A stretch of DNA of 64,000 nt, filler included, from Octopus bimaculoides (lineage: Eukaryota): the NCBI RefSeq assembly GCF_001194135.2. It is 7 parts of 6 records of this genome, joined end to end, with 100 filler letters (N's around TTAATTAATTAA, not from the genome) between each part and the next. Parts side by side here need not be neighbours in the genome. Positions count along the whole stretch, not along the records: positions 18,181 to 45,835 come from NC_068981.1; positions 45,936 to 51,951 come from NC_068996.1; 5 more parts are not named here. The stretch is one strand, 5' to 3'. The notes under the pieces are model-generated. The model was given only the letters and a program-made list of their open reading frames with translations, was not told the DNA's origin and did no database searches. Position 1 is the stretch's first letter, and every line of letters starts with the position of its first letter. Positions 35,255-47,485 of the stretch are shown here, in pieces. Both the position numbers and the translations under genes were made by a program.

Positions 35255-35520
35255 TCAGTTATTAAACCGCGGCCCGCCATGTAATCGATCCCAGGGCTTG
35301 CGTTTTGAAAGCTTGATACTTATTCTATTACCCCTCTGGTCGAACCGCTAAATTACGAAGACATAAAAACCTTCTTTCAGCTTCCGTCTACCGAATACTC
35401 ATACACTGACAAGGCTTTGGTCGGCCCGAGGCTACAGGAGAATTAACTTTCCCAACGTGCTACTACACAGTGCGGAATTGAACAAGGAATCATGTGGCTG
35501 GGAAGCAGGATTCTTATCAT
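35255..35520 (-). mobile_element. SINE family A, diverged
   Basis: TTCTTTCAGCTTCCGTCTACC...ACAAGGCTTTGGTCGGCCCGAGGCTA...GGAAGCAGG. Confidence 0.65.
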
Positions 35521-35568
35521 GCATTTATCTTCCATATATATTATTAAAAAAAACAAAAAAAAGTCACA

Positions 35569-35621
35569 AAAACTGTTACTCAGAGTTTTACGTTACCGTT
35601 CGTCAGTCGTCGGACAGTTTT
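35569..35621 (-). ncRNA. hammerhead-like motif with duplicated core heptamer
   Basis: Reverse strand AAAACTGT-CCGACGA-CTGACGA-ACG-gtaa-CGT-AAAAC-TCTGA-GTA-ACAGTTTT; 8-bp stem I; G12 reads as A. Confidence 0.65.
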
Positions 35622-36041
35622 CATTAGAATGGAACAAAATAAGGTTATATACATAAATATACAATTAGTTTCATAGATACATATTTGAAAATGGTTTCGT
35701 TTCATTGATTCTTTCAACTAACGGTCTTTTCAAAATACCGGTTGCATGAAATTACAATTGCAGTCTAAAATCATATTATAAAAATCAAAGAAAACCTTAA
35801 ATCACAAATAGCTTAATTAGAAGCAAAAATGACCTGAATACCTAGAGTAAGTAATTAGTGGTAAAAAAAAAATACTAAATTGAAAGAAATTAAAAGACAT
35901 ATCCTTTTAAAAAAAGAATTACATATACATTTAGCAATACATACACATACCAAACATACTCTATATACATATATATATAACCGCACGTGGGTTGTTGGCG
36001 ATTCTTCCTTCTGTTTCCTTCTTTCTCTTTGGACTTTCCTC

Positions 36042-36074
36042 TTTCAGATGAAGAGCTATGCTCGAAACGTTAAC
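36042..36074 (+). ncRNA. degenerate hammerhead-like motif in a PLE-type tail (about 35980-36168)
   Basis: CAGATGA-A-GAGC-tat-GCTC-GAAACGTTAA: stem II is intact, palindromic AACGTT, core U4 reads as A. Confidence 0.5.
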
Positions 36075-36166
36075 AACTCTCTCCTTTCACCGAACGATAA
36101 ACAAATATATTTCTTGTGCACGTCATCACGGTCGCTTTTTTTTATTACTTTGTCCTTTGATTTGAC

Positions 36167-36223
<57 letters not shown>

Positions 36224-36985
36224 NNNNNNNNNNNNNNNNNNNNNNNNNNNNNNNNNNNNNNNNNNNNNNNNNNNNNNNNNNNNNNNNNNNNNNNNNNNNN
36301 NNNNNNNNNNNNNNNNNNNNNNNNNNNNNNNNNNNNNNNNNNNNNNNNNNNNNNNNNNNNNNNNNNNNNNNNNNNNNNNNNNNNNNNNNNNNNNNNNNNN
36401 NNNNNNNNNNNNNNNNNNNNNNNNNNNNNNNNNNNNNNNNNNNNNNNNNNNNNNNNNNNNNNNNNNNNNNNNNNNNNNNNNNNNNNNNNNNNNNNNNNNN
36501 NNNNNNNNNNNNNNNNNNNNNNNNNNNNNNNNNNNNNNNNNNNNNTATATATATATTTATATTGATATATATATATATACATGCATCTATATATATGCAT
36601 ACATATATTTATCTATATATGCATATACATATATGTACACATGTGCATGATTACGTGTGTGTGTTAGCGTATATATATAAGGAAACTAATAATACATACA
36701 TACACATATTTATATAAAAATATATTTATATATATATACCAATCAAAGTTCCTTTATATTTATTACACATGTGCAAATCAATATATTACATATATGCCAG
36801 TTTCAGGACGACTGATGTGGTCATGCTCATATGCATATACATACATATATACGGACATACACAGAGAAGGAGAGAACGAGAGAGAGAGAGAGAGAGAGAG
36901 AAAGACAAATACATTTAAAGAGAAATACGTACATATATACTCACATATATACAAGCATACATATACATTTGTGTATATATGTATT

Positions 36986-37032
<47 letters not shown>

Positions 37033-37622
37033 GTACATAATGTAATATTCCCGTATAACCCTATAATATTTGAGTGTGAAATGATGTGCACATGATGAGT
37101 TACATAACTAGCGTTTATGAGATTCATACAAGCGGTGTCCGGGTTGCATTATGTGTGATGTTTGTTTAATGAGGTTTGATTTTATGACTATTTGTATATG
37201 GGTATAGATTGCAATGTGCATAGGTACGCGCATGTGTGTGTATGTCTATGTGTACGTGTATGTGTTGTGAACGCAGACGTTAGGATGTATTAATATGATG
37301 CTTTAAATATTTGTGCTCTGTGTAGAACAATAATTAAACACACATTCACTCACACACACACATTCATATATATATGTGTGTGTGTGTATGTATGTATGTA
37401 TGTATATATGGTTGAGGAGGGTATTGGATTTAACCAAACCCAAAAAGATACAGGTAATACCGAGTAAGTGCTGTATACCAACAAGTTATGCCCCAGGCGT
37501 TGTATGAACAGGATTGGGGATTATAAGTCGTGTATTAGCGTGTGTATGTATAAATATATAAAAGGATAAAGAGAGCAATGGTAAAGTTGGAAATATATTT
37601 TATGGATAGAGTTTTACAGCTG

Positions 37623-38015
37623 TTTCTAGTCACTCAAATTGCTGCGATTCCCTACATACAAACACACACAAACACAAACACGCACACACTCACACATATA
37701 TACATTAGGAACAGTATATACTTAGGGCATGTGCTTCGTCTATTTGTCGGTGAACATGTTTTAACATCACTGGCTAATCCAGAGGAACATCGGCGTGGGA
37801 TTGTGTATCCGGACATAATCGCACCGAAACTAGTAGTTAGAAATGTTATTGAGTAAACGATTGAATATATATCTATATATCTCTTTGTATGAAAATCATC
37901 ATCGTCCTTCTCATTATCATCTTCGTCATATACACACACATGCATACACATCTGCACAAGCGCCTGCGCGCGTTTAATACTTTCTTGATCACAATTATAT
38001 GCATGTACATAAAAT
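37623..38015 (+). repeat. 393-bp direct duplication, copy 1 (copy 2 at 40026-40418)
   Basis: The two copies align end to end with about 7 substitutions; flanks differ on both sides. Confidence 0.95.
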
Positions 38016-38158
38016 GAGAGTGAGTGTGATGCGCTGAAAAAAGAAAGAAAGAAAGAACAGTACTTGGAGTGTAGTTCCATTCCAGTAGTAAGTAGAAACT
38101 ACACTCCAAGTACTGTTCTTTCTTTCTTTCTTTTTTCAGCGCATCACACTCACTCTCA
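38015..38158. repeat. perfect inverted repeat, 62-bp arms with a 20-nt spacer
   Basis: 38015-38076 is the exact reverse complement of 38097-38158. Confidence 0.95.
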
Positions 38159-38326
38159 CTTCATACTATAACTCTCCGCCTATGGATATAATAATCGATT
38201 CCTTTACTATTTCTGTCTCCCATGAAGGGAAGTTTTGAATCTTCCCAGAAACAGCTATAAGACTCTATCCATAAAATATATTTCCAACTTTACCATTGCT
38301 CTCTTTATCCTTTTATATATTTATAC

Positions 38327-38358
<32 letters not shown>

Positions 38359-40025
38359 NNNNNNNNNNNNNNNNNNNNNNNNNNNNNNNNNNNNNNNNNN
38401 NNNNNNNNNNNNNNNNNNNNNNNNNNNNNNNNNNNNNNNNNNNNNNNNNNNNNNNNNNNNNNNNNNNNNNNNNNNNNNNNNNNNNNNNNNNNNNNNNNNN
38501 NNNNNNNNNNNNNNNNNNNNNNNNNNNNNNNNNNNNNNNNNNNNNNNNNNNNNNNNNNNNNNNNNNNNNNNNNNNNNNNNNNNNNNNNNNNNNNNNNNNN
38601 NNNNNNNNNNNNNNNNNNNNNNNNNNNNNNNNNNNNNNNNNNNNNNNNNNNNNNNNNNNNNNNNNNNNNNNNNNNNNNNNNNNNNNNNNNNNNNNNNNNN
38701 NNNNNNNNNNNNNNNNNNNNNNNNNNNNNNNNNNNNNNNNNNNNNNNNNNNNNNNNNNNNNNNNNNNNNNNNNNNNNNNNNNNNNNNNNNNNNNNNNNNN
38801 NNNNNNNNNNNNNNNNNNNNNNNNNNNNNNNNNNNNNNNNNNNNNNNNNNNNNNNNNNNNNNNNNNNNNNNNNNNNNNNNNNNNNNNNNNNNNNNNNNNN
38901 NNNNNNNNNNNNNNNNNNNNNNNNNNNNNNNNNNNNNNNNNNNNNNNNNNNNNNNNNNNNNNNNNNNNNNNNNNNNNNNNNNNNNNNNNNNNNNNNNNNN
39001 NNNNNNNNNNNNNNNNNNNNNNNNNNNNNNNNNNNNNNNNNNNNNNNNNNNNNNNNNNNNNNNNNNNNNNNNNNNNNNNNNNNNNNNNNNNNNNNNNNNN
39101 NNNNNNNNNNNNNNNNNNNNNNNNNNNNNNNNNNNNNNNNNNNNNNNNNNNNNNNNNNNNNNNNNNNNNNNNNNNNNNNNNNNNNNNNNNNNNNNNNNGT
39201 GTGTGTGTGTGTGTGTGTGTGTGTGCACGCGCGCGTGTATGTATATCCCATAGAGTTTAAGGAATACAAAAGTTAAATCAGGATGTTTTCAAGTTAAACA
39301 TAACATGTCTTCCGTAATACGTAACATATAAAAAATAATGGTTAACATTTGCTTGGGTTTAGTTACCACCGGTTATTTATATTATCGCAAAGGCTGGCTA
39401 CGAGTACGCGATATTGAAAAAACCCAGACTAGTTGAATTGCATTCAACGTAATTTCCGACCGCTGCTAGAACAGAAAATAGGCTCTGAAATTTATTGTGC
39501 TTTTAGCACAGTATATATAAGAAACTTATATCAGGAAAAATATTGTTGTAACTGACCTACCAAAAGTGAGTATACATTAGCGATGATACTTAAAATGGCT
39601 ATTTTAATAAAATACTGTTTCAGTTGCATATGCCCGAAATAAAAAAAATATAAACTGGCGACAACTTACCTATCGCACTCTCACTCACTCTCTCTCTCCC
39701 CCTCTCTCTATATATACATATATTAAATATTTAGAGCGTGGTGGACAACAATATACAACTGAGGCGAAAAATAAAGAGCAAAGCTTGAAAAATAAAAGAA
39801 TGAACTGTTGTTAGACAGACACAAAATAAAAAAGGGAGAGAGGGCTAACACGAATGCCGGAATAGGTGAAATGTATGCACGAGGACGAGAAATGGAGCAA
39901 TTAATTAAGTAATATTATATTTGTTTGTGCATTTGCATTTTATAGGCATGTATGTGTGTACGCGTGTGTACATGTTGTGATTCACAAACAGTAGAAAATA
40001 ATTCAGAACTCACTCATTGACACTA

Positions 40026-40418
40026 TTTCTAGTCACTCAAATTGCTGCGATTCCCTACATACAAACACACACAAACACAAACACGCACACACTCACACAT
40101 ATATACATTAGGAACAGTATATACTTAGGGCATGTGCTTCGTCTATTTGTCGGTGAACATGTTTTAACATCACTGGCTAATCCAGAGGAACATCGGTGTG
40201 GGATTCTGTATCCGGACATAATCGCACCGAAACTAGTAGTTAGAAACGTTATTGAGTAAACGATTGAATATATATCTATATATCTCTTTGTATGAAAGTC
40301 ATCATCGTCCTTCTCATTATCATCTTCGTCATATACACACACATGCATACACATCTGCACATGCGCCTGCGCGCGATTAATACTTTCTTGATCACAATTA
40401 TACGCATGTACATAAAAT
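40026..40418 (+). repeat. 393-bp direct duplication, copy 2
   Basis: Offset 2403 bp from copy 1. Confidence 0.95.
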
Positions 40419-40995
40419 ATGCACGGTTTCATTCAACTAGTGAATAAATTTGATAGCGATTCCGATGATGAATATGATGCTGATATGATGATGATGATGA
40501 TGACGATGAGAATTATAATAAAAATAATCACTGACGCCGGGTTTTTGATAGGATATTGAGAGATGTGGTTATCTACCTGTGTATTGCATGCATGGATGAG
40601 GACGACAGAATAAAGAGACACAACAACTCTGGGTGTATGCAAACTGCTTCTTTCATATAGGCATAAACATAAAGAAAATATCCTATTATCGAAAATATCA
40701 CGAAGGATTTTATGAAAAAGTGCCAAGAAAACCGTTTTCGTGTAAATCGATTTTTCAAGCGAAAAATCGTCTTACGATGTGAGTACCTTCAGGAAATTAA
40801 ACAATATTATACGCACATAAGAAGTGGCAAGGGTGCAAAAGATAGAGCTTAGTGGGTAAAATATTTTTTTTGGAAACAAACCTGTGTACCCCCTGTTAGA
40901 AGGTCTAAAGTAGTAAACCATTTGTGCATCACTTAATATTACCGTTTACCTGTGTGCATACATACGATTCGTGTACATATATATACACATACACA

Positions 40996-41057
<62 letters not shown>

Positions 41058-41599
41058 NNNNNNNNNNNNNNNNNNNNNNNNNNNNNNNNNNNNNNNNNNN
41101 NNNNNNNNNNNNNNNNNNNNNNNNNNNNNNNNNNNNNNNNNNNNNNNNNNNNNNNNNNNNNNNNNNNNNNNNNNNNNNNNNNNNNNNNNNNNNNNNNNNN
41201 NNNNNNNNNNNNNNNNNNNNNNNNNNNNNNNNNNNNNNNNNNNNNNNNNNNNNNNNNNNNNNNNNNNNNNNNNNNNNNNNNNNNNNNNNNNNNNNNNNNN
41301 NNNNNNNNNNNNNNNNNNNNNNNNNNNNNNNNNNNNNNNNNNNNNNNNNNNNNNNNNNNNTATGTATATGTGTGTGTATGTGTGTGTGTATATATATATA
41401 TTACTGAAAAGATCTTAAAACTCCTTGATCTTGGCCGCTAGCATGACCCTGGTGTTGGAACAGACCGGTTGGCGTCTTTCTCAACTGATCTCCCCCCCCC
41501 CGCACACACGCACGCGTAAAAATCAATGGGATTACAATTGGCGAAATTAGGAGGTCAAAAATTAGGGCTGGTGACGAAGAAATTATCTGACAATCAATT

Positions 41600-41960
41600 T
41601 ATCTCCTTCCGGAGGTATGGCACGGAGCCGAGTCCTTCTACCATACGTACGAGTTTCCAGCAGTAATCATCTCGGGCCTGAATTTGACCAGTCTCCTTCA
41701 GCTTCACATAGCCGTCTGAATTGGGCTTCAGGCCAGGGCTTCGTAGTTCCTTTGCAGCTGTCCATGTCAAGTCTTACGACCTTAACAATGTTCACCCAGC
41801 ATTGAACATCAGTCATGATGTTAGCATTTTGATACCCAACGTTAATCATCCTTTTTCCAATATTCAGATAGCTTCCAGTCCTCCATGTCTGTGAGCTTTC
41901 TCTCTTCTGCAGCTTTCATCTTTATGCTCTCCAACGCTGTTGACTCTGTTCACCAATGCA
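41600..41960 (-). pseudogene. possible RTE-like LINE 3' remnant
   Basis: Reverse-strand fragments KMKAAEER...WKKDD-RWVSKC and DLTWTAAKEL weakly resemble RTE C-termini. Confidence 0.3.
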
Positions 41961-42017
41961 TCCAGATTTTCCTGAAATGAGGAGACAAATAATCGTCAAA
42001 CTTAGCTCGAACGCCAT

Positions 42018-42053
<36 letters not shown>

Positions 42054-43099
42054 NNNNNNNNNNNNNNNNNNNNNNNNNNNNNNNNNNNNNNNNNNNNNNN
42101 NNNNNNNNNNNNNNNNNNNNNNNNNNNNNNNNNNNNNNNNNNNNNNNNNNNNNNNNNNNNNNNNNNNNNNNNNNNNNNNNNNNNNNNNNNNNNNNNNNNN
42201 NNNNNNNNNNNNNNNNNNNNNNNNNNNNNNNNNNNNNNNNNNNNNNNNNNNNNNNNNNNNNNNNNNNNNNNNNNNNNNNNNNNNNNNNNNNNNNNNNNNN
42301 NNNNNNTATATATATATATATATATATGTATATATTATATATGGATAAGAACTGGCTGGCCTATGTAGGTTCGGAGATGGTGTTCATATTGTGCTAATGC
42401 ACGATGTCACTCGGTCGTGCATGCACAATTGCCAGCATCGTCGAATCTGCAACTGGAATATCATACTGATGAGGAAATGAAAAGTTTTTACTTTTCTAAG
42501 CCAGAAACGACTCTATGATTAACTAAGACGGGGGAGGGAGAGGGAGGAAGAGGGATGGAGAGAGAAATACGCAGAAATTGTTGAGCGCTTTGTTAATTAG
42601 GAGTGAGGTTTGTAAGTGTGATTGCTCCTTTTTCTAAGTGCACGGGAGGAGTGCGATACAAACTCTGAAATCGGTTTCACTCGGCTTATTTGAAACATAA
42701 ACACCAAAAATCTACAATAAAACGCTGAAGATATATAATGTGTTATATGTAAAAATTATCATATTAGTAACATACAAAAAAACAAAAAACAAAAAAAAAA
42801 AACAAATAAAGAAATCCCAGCAAACACTTGCGATTATACCGGCAGCAACAGTAACAATTATGACGATGGTTATGATGCTGGAAGCTTTGCGAAAGATTGC
42901 AAATTTTAGGGAGGAACTGTAATTTTTCTAAAGTAAAATGATTGCTATCATTTTATCGGACACCTTCTGGGATGAAAGACAGAATTCAGCCCGTAAACGT
43001 TCATAACGAGGAACGCTGTGGTAATTTATTCAGACATGCCGATTATGCTAATATACTGCGTAAATTAAGAAGTAATTTCGATAAAAGTTAATGACATTA

Positions 43100-43329
43100 G
43101 TGCAAGGCCGCAGATTTTGTTAAAGGGTTTAATCAATTAAAAGAAAAATCATCAATACCACTTTGGTATTTTATTTTATTATCCCCAGAAAGATGGTAGG
43201 TAGAGTTCACCTAAAGAGGATTTGAACTCAGAATCAGAATGTGACCGGCTATCAATATATGCAGCAAGACGGTGTGCCCTAAGCACCGACGATTGTGACA
43301 ACCCATCGAACTACCTGAGAAATAATAGC

Positions 43330-43374
<45 letters not shown>

Positions 43375-43680
43375 AACGATAATAATTCCTTCTACTAAAA
43401 ACACAAGTCCTGAAATTTTGGGGCAGGGAACTAGTCGATTACATCGACCCAGTATCCAGCTGGTAAGTAATTTATCGACCTCGAAAGGATCAAAGGCAAA
43501 GTCGAGTACAGCGGAATTTGAACTCAGAATGTATCGACAGGCGAAATACCGCTAAGCATTTCACCCGGCGTGTAATAATAATGATAATAACCCTTTCTAG
43601 TATAGGCACAAGGCCTGAATTTTGTGGGGATGTGGACAGTCGATCACATCGACCCCAGTACTGAACTGGTACTTGATATG
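43100..43680 (-). mobile_element. three family B SINE copies or fragments with a (CAA)n tract
   Basis: GCACAAGGCCTGAA...AGTCGATTACATCGACCC...TTATCGACCTCGAAAGGATCAAAGGCAAAGTCGA...GGAATTTGAACTCAG. Confidence 0.75.
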
Positions 43681-44880
43681 AATCAGGAGTAATTGCATGG
43701 ACAGTAGACGAACTAAACAGCTTAGACAGAAAGACAAGGAAGCTTCTAACTAGATATGGGACACTCTACCCAAAAACTGACACAGACAGACTGTATGCAC
43801 GAAGGAAAGGAGGGTGAAGAGGACTTATTGGATGCGAACGCAGCATTAGAGCAGAAGAAAACAACATAGCATGGTGTGTGAAAACTGCCACAGAACCGAC
43901 CGCTATTATTGGAAGTAAGAAGGTCAGGATTGTGTAGGATGGAAGATTGCAAAGATAAAGCACTATATAAGCAGTTGAGAATGAATGAAACTGAAAATAA
44001 GTGGATAAACAAAAGAATGCATGAACAATTTCATAGGCATGTTGAAGATAAGACAGAAAGAAAAAAAAAGATGGCTATGGATGACTAAAACTGATTTAAA
44101 ACCGGAAACTCTAATCTGTGCTGCTCAAGAGCAAGCATTAACGACGAATTACATCAAATACAGAATAGACAACATATCAGAAATTGATAAGTGCTAAATT
44201 TGTGGAAAAACTGTGAAACCGTATGGCATATTACCAGCCAATGTACGCCACTAGCTCAGAAAGAATATAAGAGACGCCATGATAATATAGCAAAGAATGT
44301 CCATTGGAAATTTTGCAACAAGTATGGACTTGACAGAGCAAAAAAGTTGTACGAACATAAGCCCGAAGGCATCATCGAATATGATAATGCAAAACCCTAT
44401 GGGATTTTATGATTCAGTGCAACCATGAGATAGAGAATAGGAAACCAGGCATAGTCTTAATTGAGAAATTAACAAACGATGCTGGATCATAGATATAACA
44501 TGCCTAGCTGACGTCAAGTCATGCGATAAGGAAGAAAGAAAAGTTGATAGATATGACAGGTTAGCTTGGGAGGTTAAGCAGTTGTGGTCGCTGAAATAAG
44601 TGGTAGTAGTACCAATAATTGTCAGAGCCCTGAGAACGGTGAGCAAAAATCTTGAGAATTACATGGAACAAACAGGGGCTGCAATAAGGTTGGAGCACTT
44701 TCGGGAAACTCACTGCTTGGAACCGCTCGAATACCCCGGAAGGTGCTCGAAAAATAAGGTTTGNNNNNNNNNNCGAATACCCCGGAAGGTGCTCGAAAAA
44801 TAAGGTTTGTTACCTTAGTTCACTGGTAGTGAACAGCTGACACCGTAGTACATCTTCAGCGTTAGAAGCTGTGCAAACAC
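43681..44880 (+). mobile_element. R4/Dong-clade non-LTR 3' portion (CCHC knuckle + restriction-like endonuclease), decayed
   Basis: LICAAQEQALTTNYIKYRID, C-*-IC...ETVWHITSQC, RRHDNIAKNVHW, NRKPGIVL, CWIIDITC, VVVPIIV; followed directly by (TAA)n at 44885-44990. Confidence 0.85.
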
Positions 44881-45799
44881 AATAAAATAATAATAATAAT
44901 AATAATGATGATAATAATAATAATAATAATANNNNNNNNNNAATAATAATAATAATAATAATAATAACAATAATGATAATAATAATAATATTAATCGTCT
45001 TCATAAACCACGTTAAGAATAGAGATTGAAGAAACGCTTGAGCATCTCTGTAATTCACCTGCAGTATTTAGATACGGTCCTTTGCGATTTTGAATTCAAA
45101 TCTCTCAAGCGCTGATTTTACATTTTATCCATAAAATAAGTAATATGTTAAATATGAGTGTAATTTAATCTAATATTCCTCTTGTCAAAACACGTGGCCT
45201 TTTACTACGTTATAATAATTTTAACAATAAATATTTATCATGACTCAGAATGCAAGGTTATGTATTTTTGTATAAAGAAAGCCTAATAAATGAAATGTTA
45301 CAGCTAAACAATAAATAAATAAAACTACGAATACTAAAGGAAAAAAAAAAAACGCAAAAAATTTCAATTTTCGTTTCCTCGGCGGCTTGTTTTAAAAATG
45401 AACTTTGGGGCACATTTTCAGCATTGCAAAATATCAAATGTGAACAAGATGTATGCACTTGTGTGCTTGCGTATGTGTGTGTGTGTATGTATCTGTGTGC
45501 GTGTGTGTGCATGTGTATGTGTGTGTGTGTGTGTGGATTTCAAAACTCCAACCAGGTTTTTTCGAATAGCCATGTTAAAATGGTATCTTATTTATGGGGT
45601 ATTCTGTATATGTACAAAAAACACGCATACATAATACAGCAATACGTACATGCATACTTATACGTATATATGTATGTACATATGTATGTATGTATGTACA
45701 TATATGTATATATAATTACATATATATATATACTTCTATATATTGTATAAATATTATATTTATATACATACATGCATGTATATATACATACTTATATAT

Positions 45800-45835
<36 letters not shown>

Positions 45836-45977
45836 NNNNNNNNNNNNNNNNNNNNNNNNNNNNNNNNNNNNNNNNNNNNTTAATTAATTAANNNNNNNNN
45901 NNNNNNNNNNNNNNNNNNNNNNNNNNNNNNNNNNNGTATGTATCAGTTTCTCTCTCTCTCCCTCTCCCACTCTTACT

Positions 45978-47485
45978 CTCTATATTTTTATGTTGAGCGC
46001 GTGTGTAAGAATGGCGTTCCAGGTAGAAGGGATGAAATATAAAAGTTGCTAGAAACAACAACCAAATCTCCCTTAAATCACACAAAGTAAACGGAATTTT
46101 AAAAATCTAATTACTGCACTGGAAAGTTCAGATCGAGAAAATTCCATTGATGTAAAAATTTTAACGAAAAAGTGGAAAAGGTGGATTTCTATAAACTTTC
46201 AAAAAGGCTTCACACAGACACACAACTTCAGGTTTATATATTAAGATATATATACATACGCGCGCGCTCGCATATATATATATATATAAACATTCTCTGT
46301 GGCAGGACTTCACACGGACAATTGTGTTGGCTGCTCCAGAGTGGGGACCAAAAACATTCTATTCGCATTTGCCCCGTAAGGTAAAACAAAAAATATTGTC
46401 TACAGAGAGGTTCTGTAGGCTTTCCCTGTACCTACCTCCACGCATCTGTCAGACTACTTGCTCCAATAAGCTCGCAATTTGTGCAAATGTCAAAAAGAAG
46501 TGGCTACGAAGAAAGGTAGGTCAAGATGTTGATGGAATTGCCTTGGGAGAATTTACACAGTCCATCCCAGTGAAAAGGAGTGTTTCCAGGATCTGAAAAC
46601 CTTTGATGAATAGGTATGTGGAACATAGTGGTAGGCCAGTTTCAAGCATGGGTTGCTAAAAGATGGGGCACAGTGGGATGCAACACTGCCAGAGGCAGCT
46701 GCATCAAAGTCCCAGCCTTGGGAGAGTTTACACGGTCCATCACAGTCAACAGGAGTGTTTCTACCTCAGTCTTTTACTGCACGAGGTCAGAGGATCAACA
46801 TGTTTCCATGACCTGAAAACCTTTGGGAGGAAAACCGGGAGACCTGCTTCAACTACGGTTTGCTAGAAAATGGGGCACAGTGTCATGCAATGCTGGCAGA
46901 GGGCGTTGCATCAAAGTCTCCCAAAAGTCTCAGGGCATTGTTTACAGTGATATTGCAAACATGCATGTTATGTGATCCTTTGTGGTTCAAGTACAGGGAT
47001 GTGGAAAGTGAGAGGATGTCTTTATACCGAGGATTCCCCTTATTCTATCAAGAGTGGAAATACCCTTTACTTTGAGGCAGTTGCAATTTCCTGTTCGTGT
47101 AAGTTTTGCTATGTTAAGCAACAAATCGCAGGAGCAAACACTCTCTGTGGCAGGACTTCACCTGAAAGACTCGTTAGTAGCGCTGCCGAATTGGTAAGTT
47201 TGAACAGTTTTGTATGTCTCTACCGAAAAATTGACTGTATTGTACGTTTTAGAGATTTTAAATTTCAATCTTTTTTCTTTTTTATATGTATTTTCATCAA
47301 TTTCAAGTTATTATACACCCACACATTTCAAATGTTACAGTATTTTTCTCTATTTTTACGGTTGTGACATATTTAAAAAATATTTTGTACGTTTTTGTGA
47401 ATTTTGATACGTTTTGGCATGAAATTTTGTACGTATTTCCAAAAAAAGCATTCACAACCCGAGCTACGCCGGGTACCTCTACTAG
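45978..47485 (+). mobile_element. Helitron remnant, internally deleted and rearranged
   Basis: RepHel peptides LGRVYTVH...ECFYLSLLLHEVRGSTCFHDLKT, LQFPVRVSFAM...NKSQEQTL, HGQL...SRVG...GKTKNIVYREVL. 3' hairpin ACCCG...CGGGT (47457-47474), then CTAG|T at 47482-47486. The 5' TC start is approximate. Confidence 0.85.
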
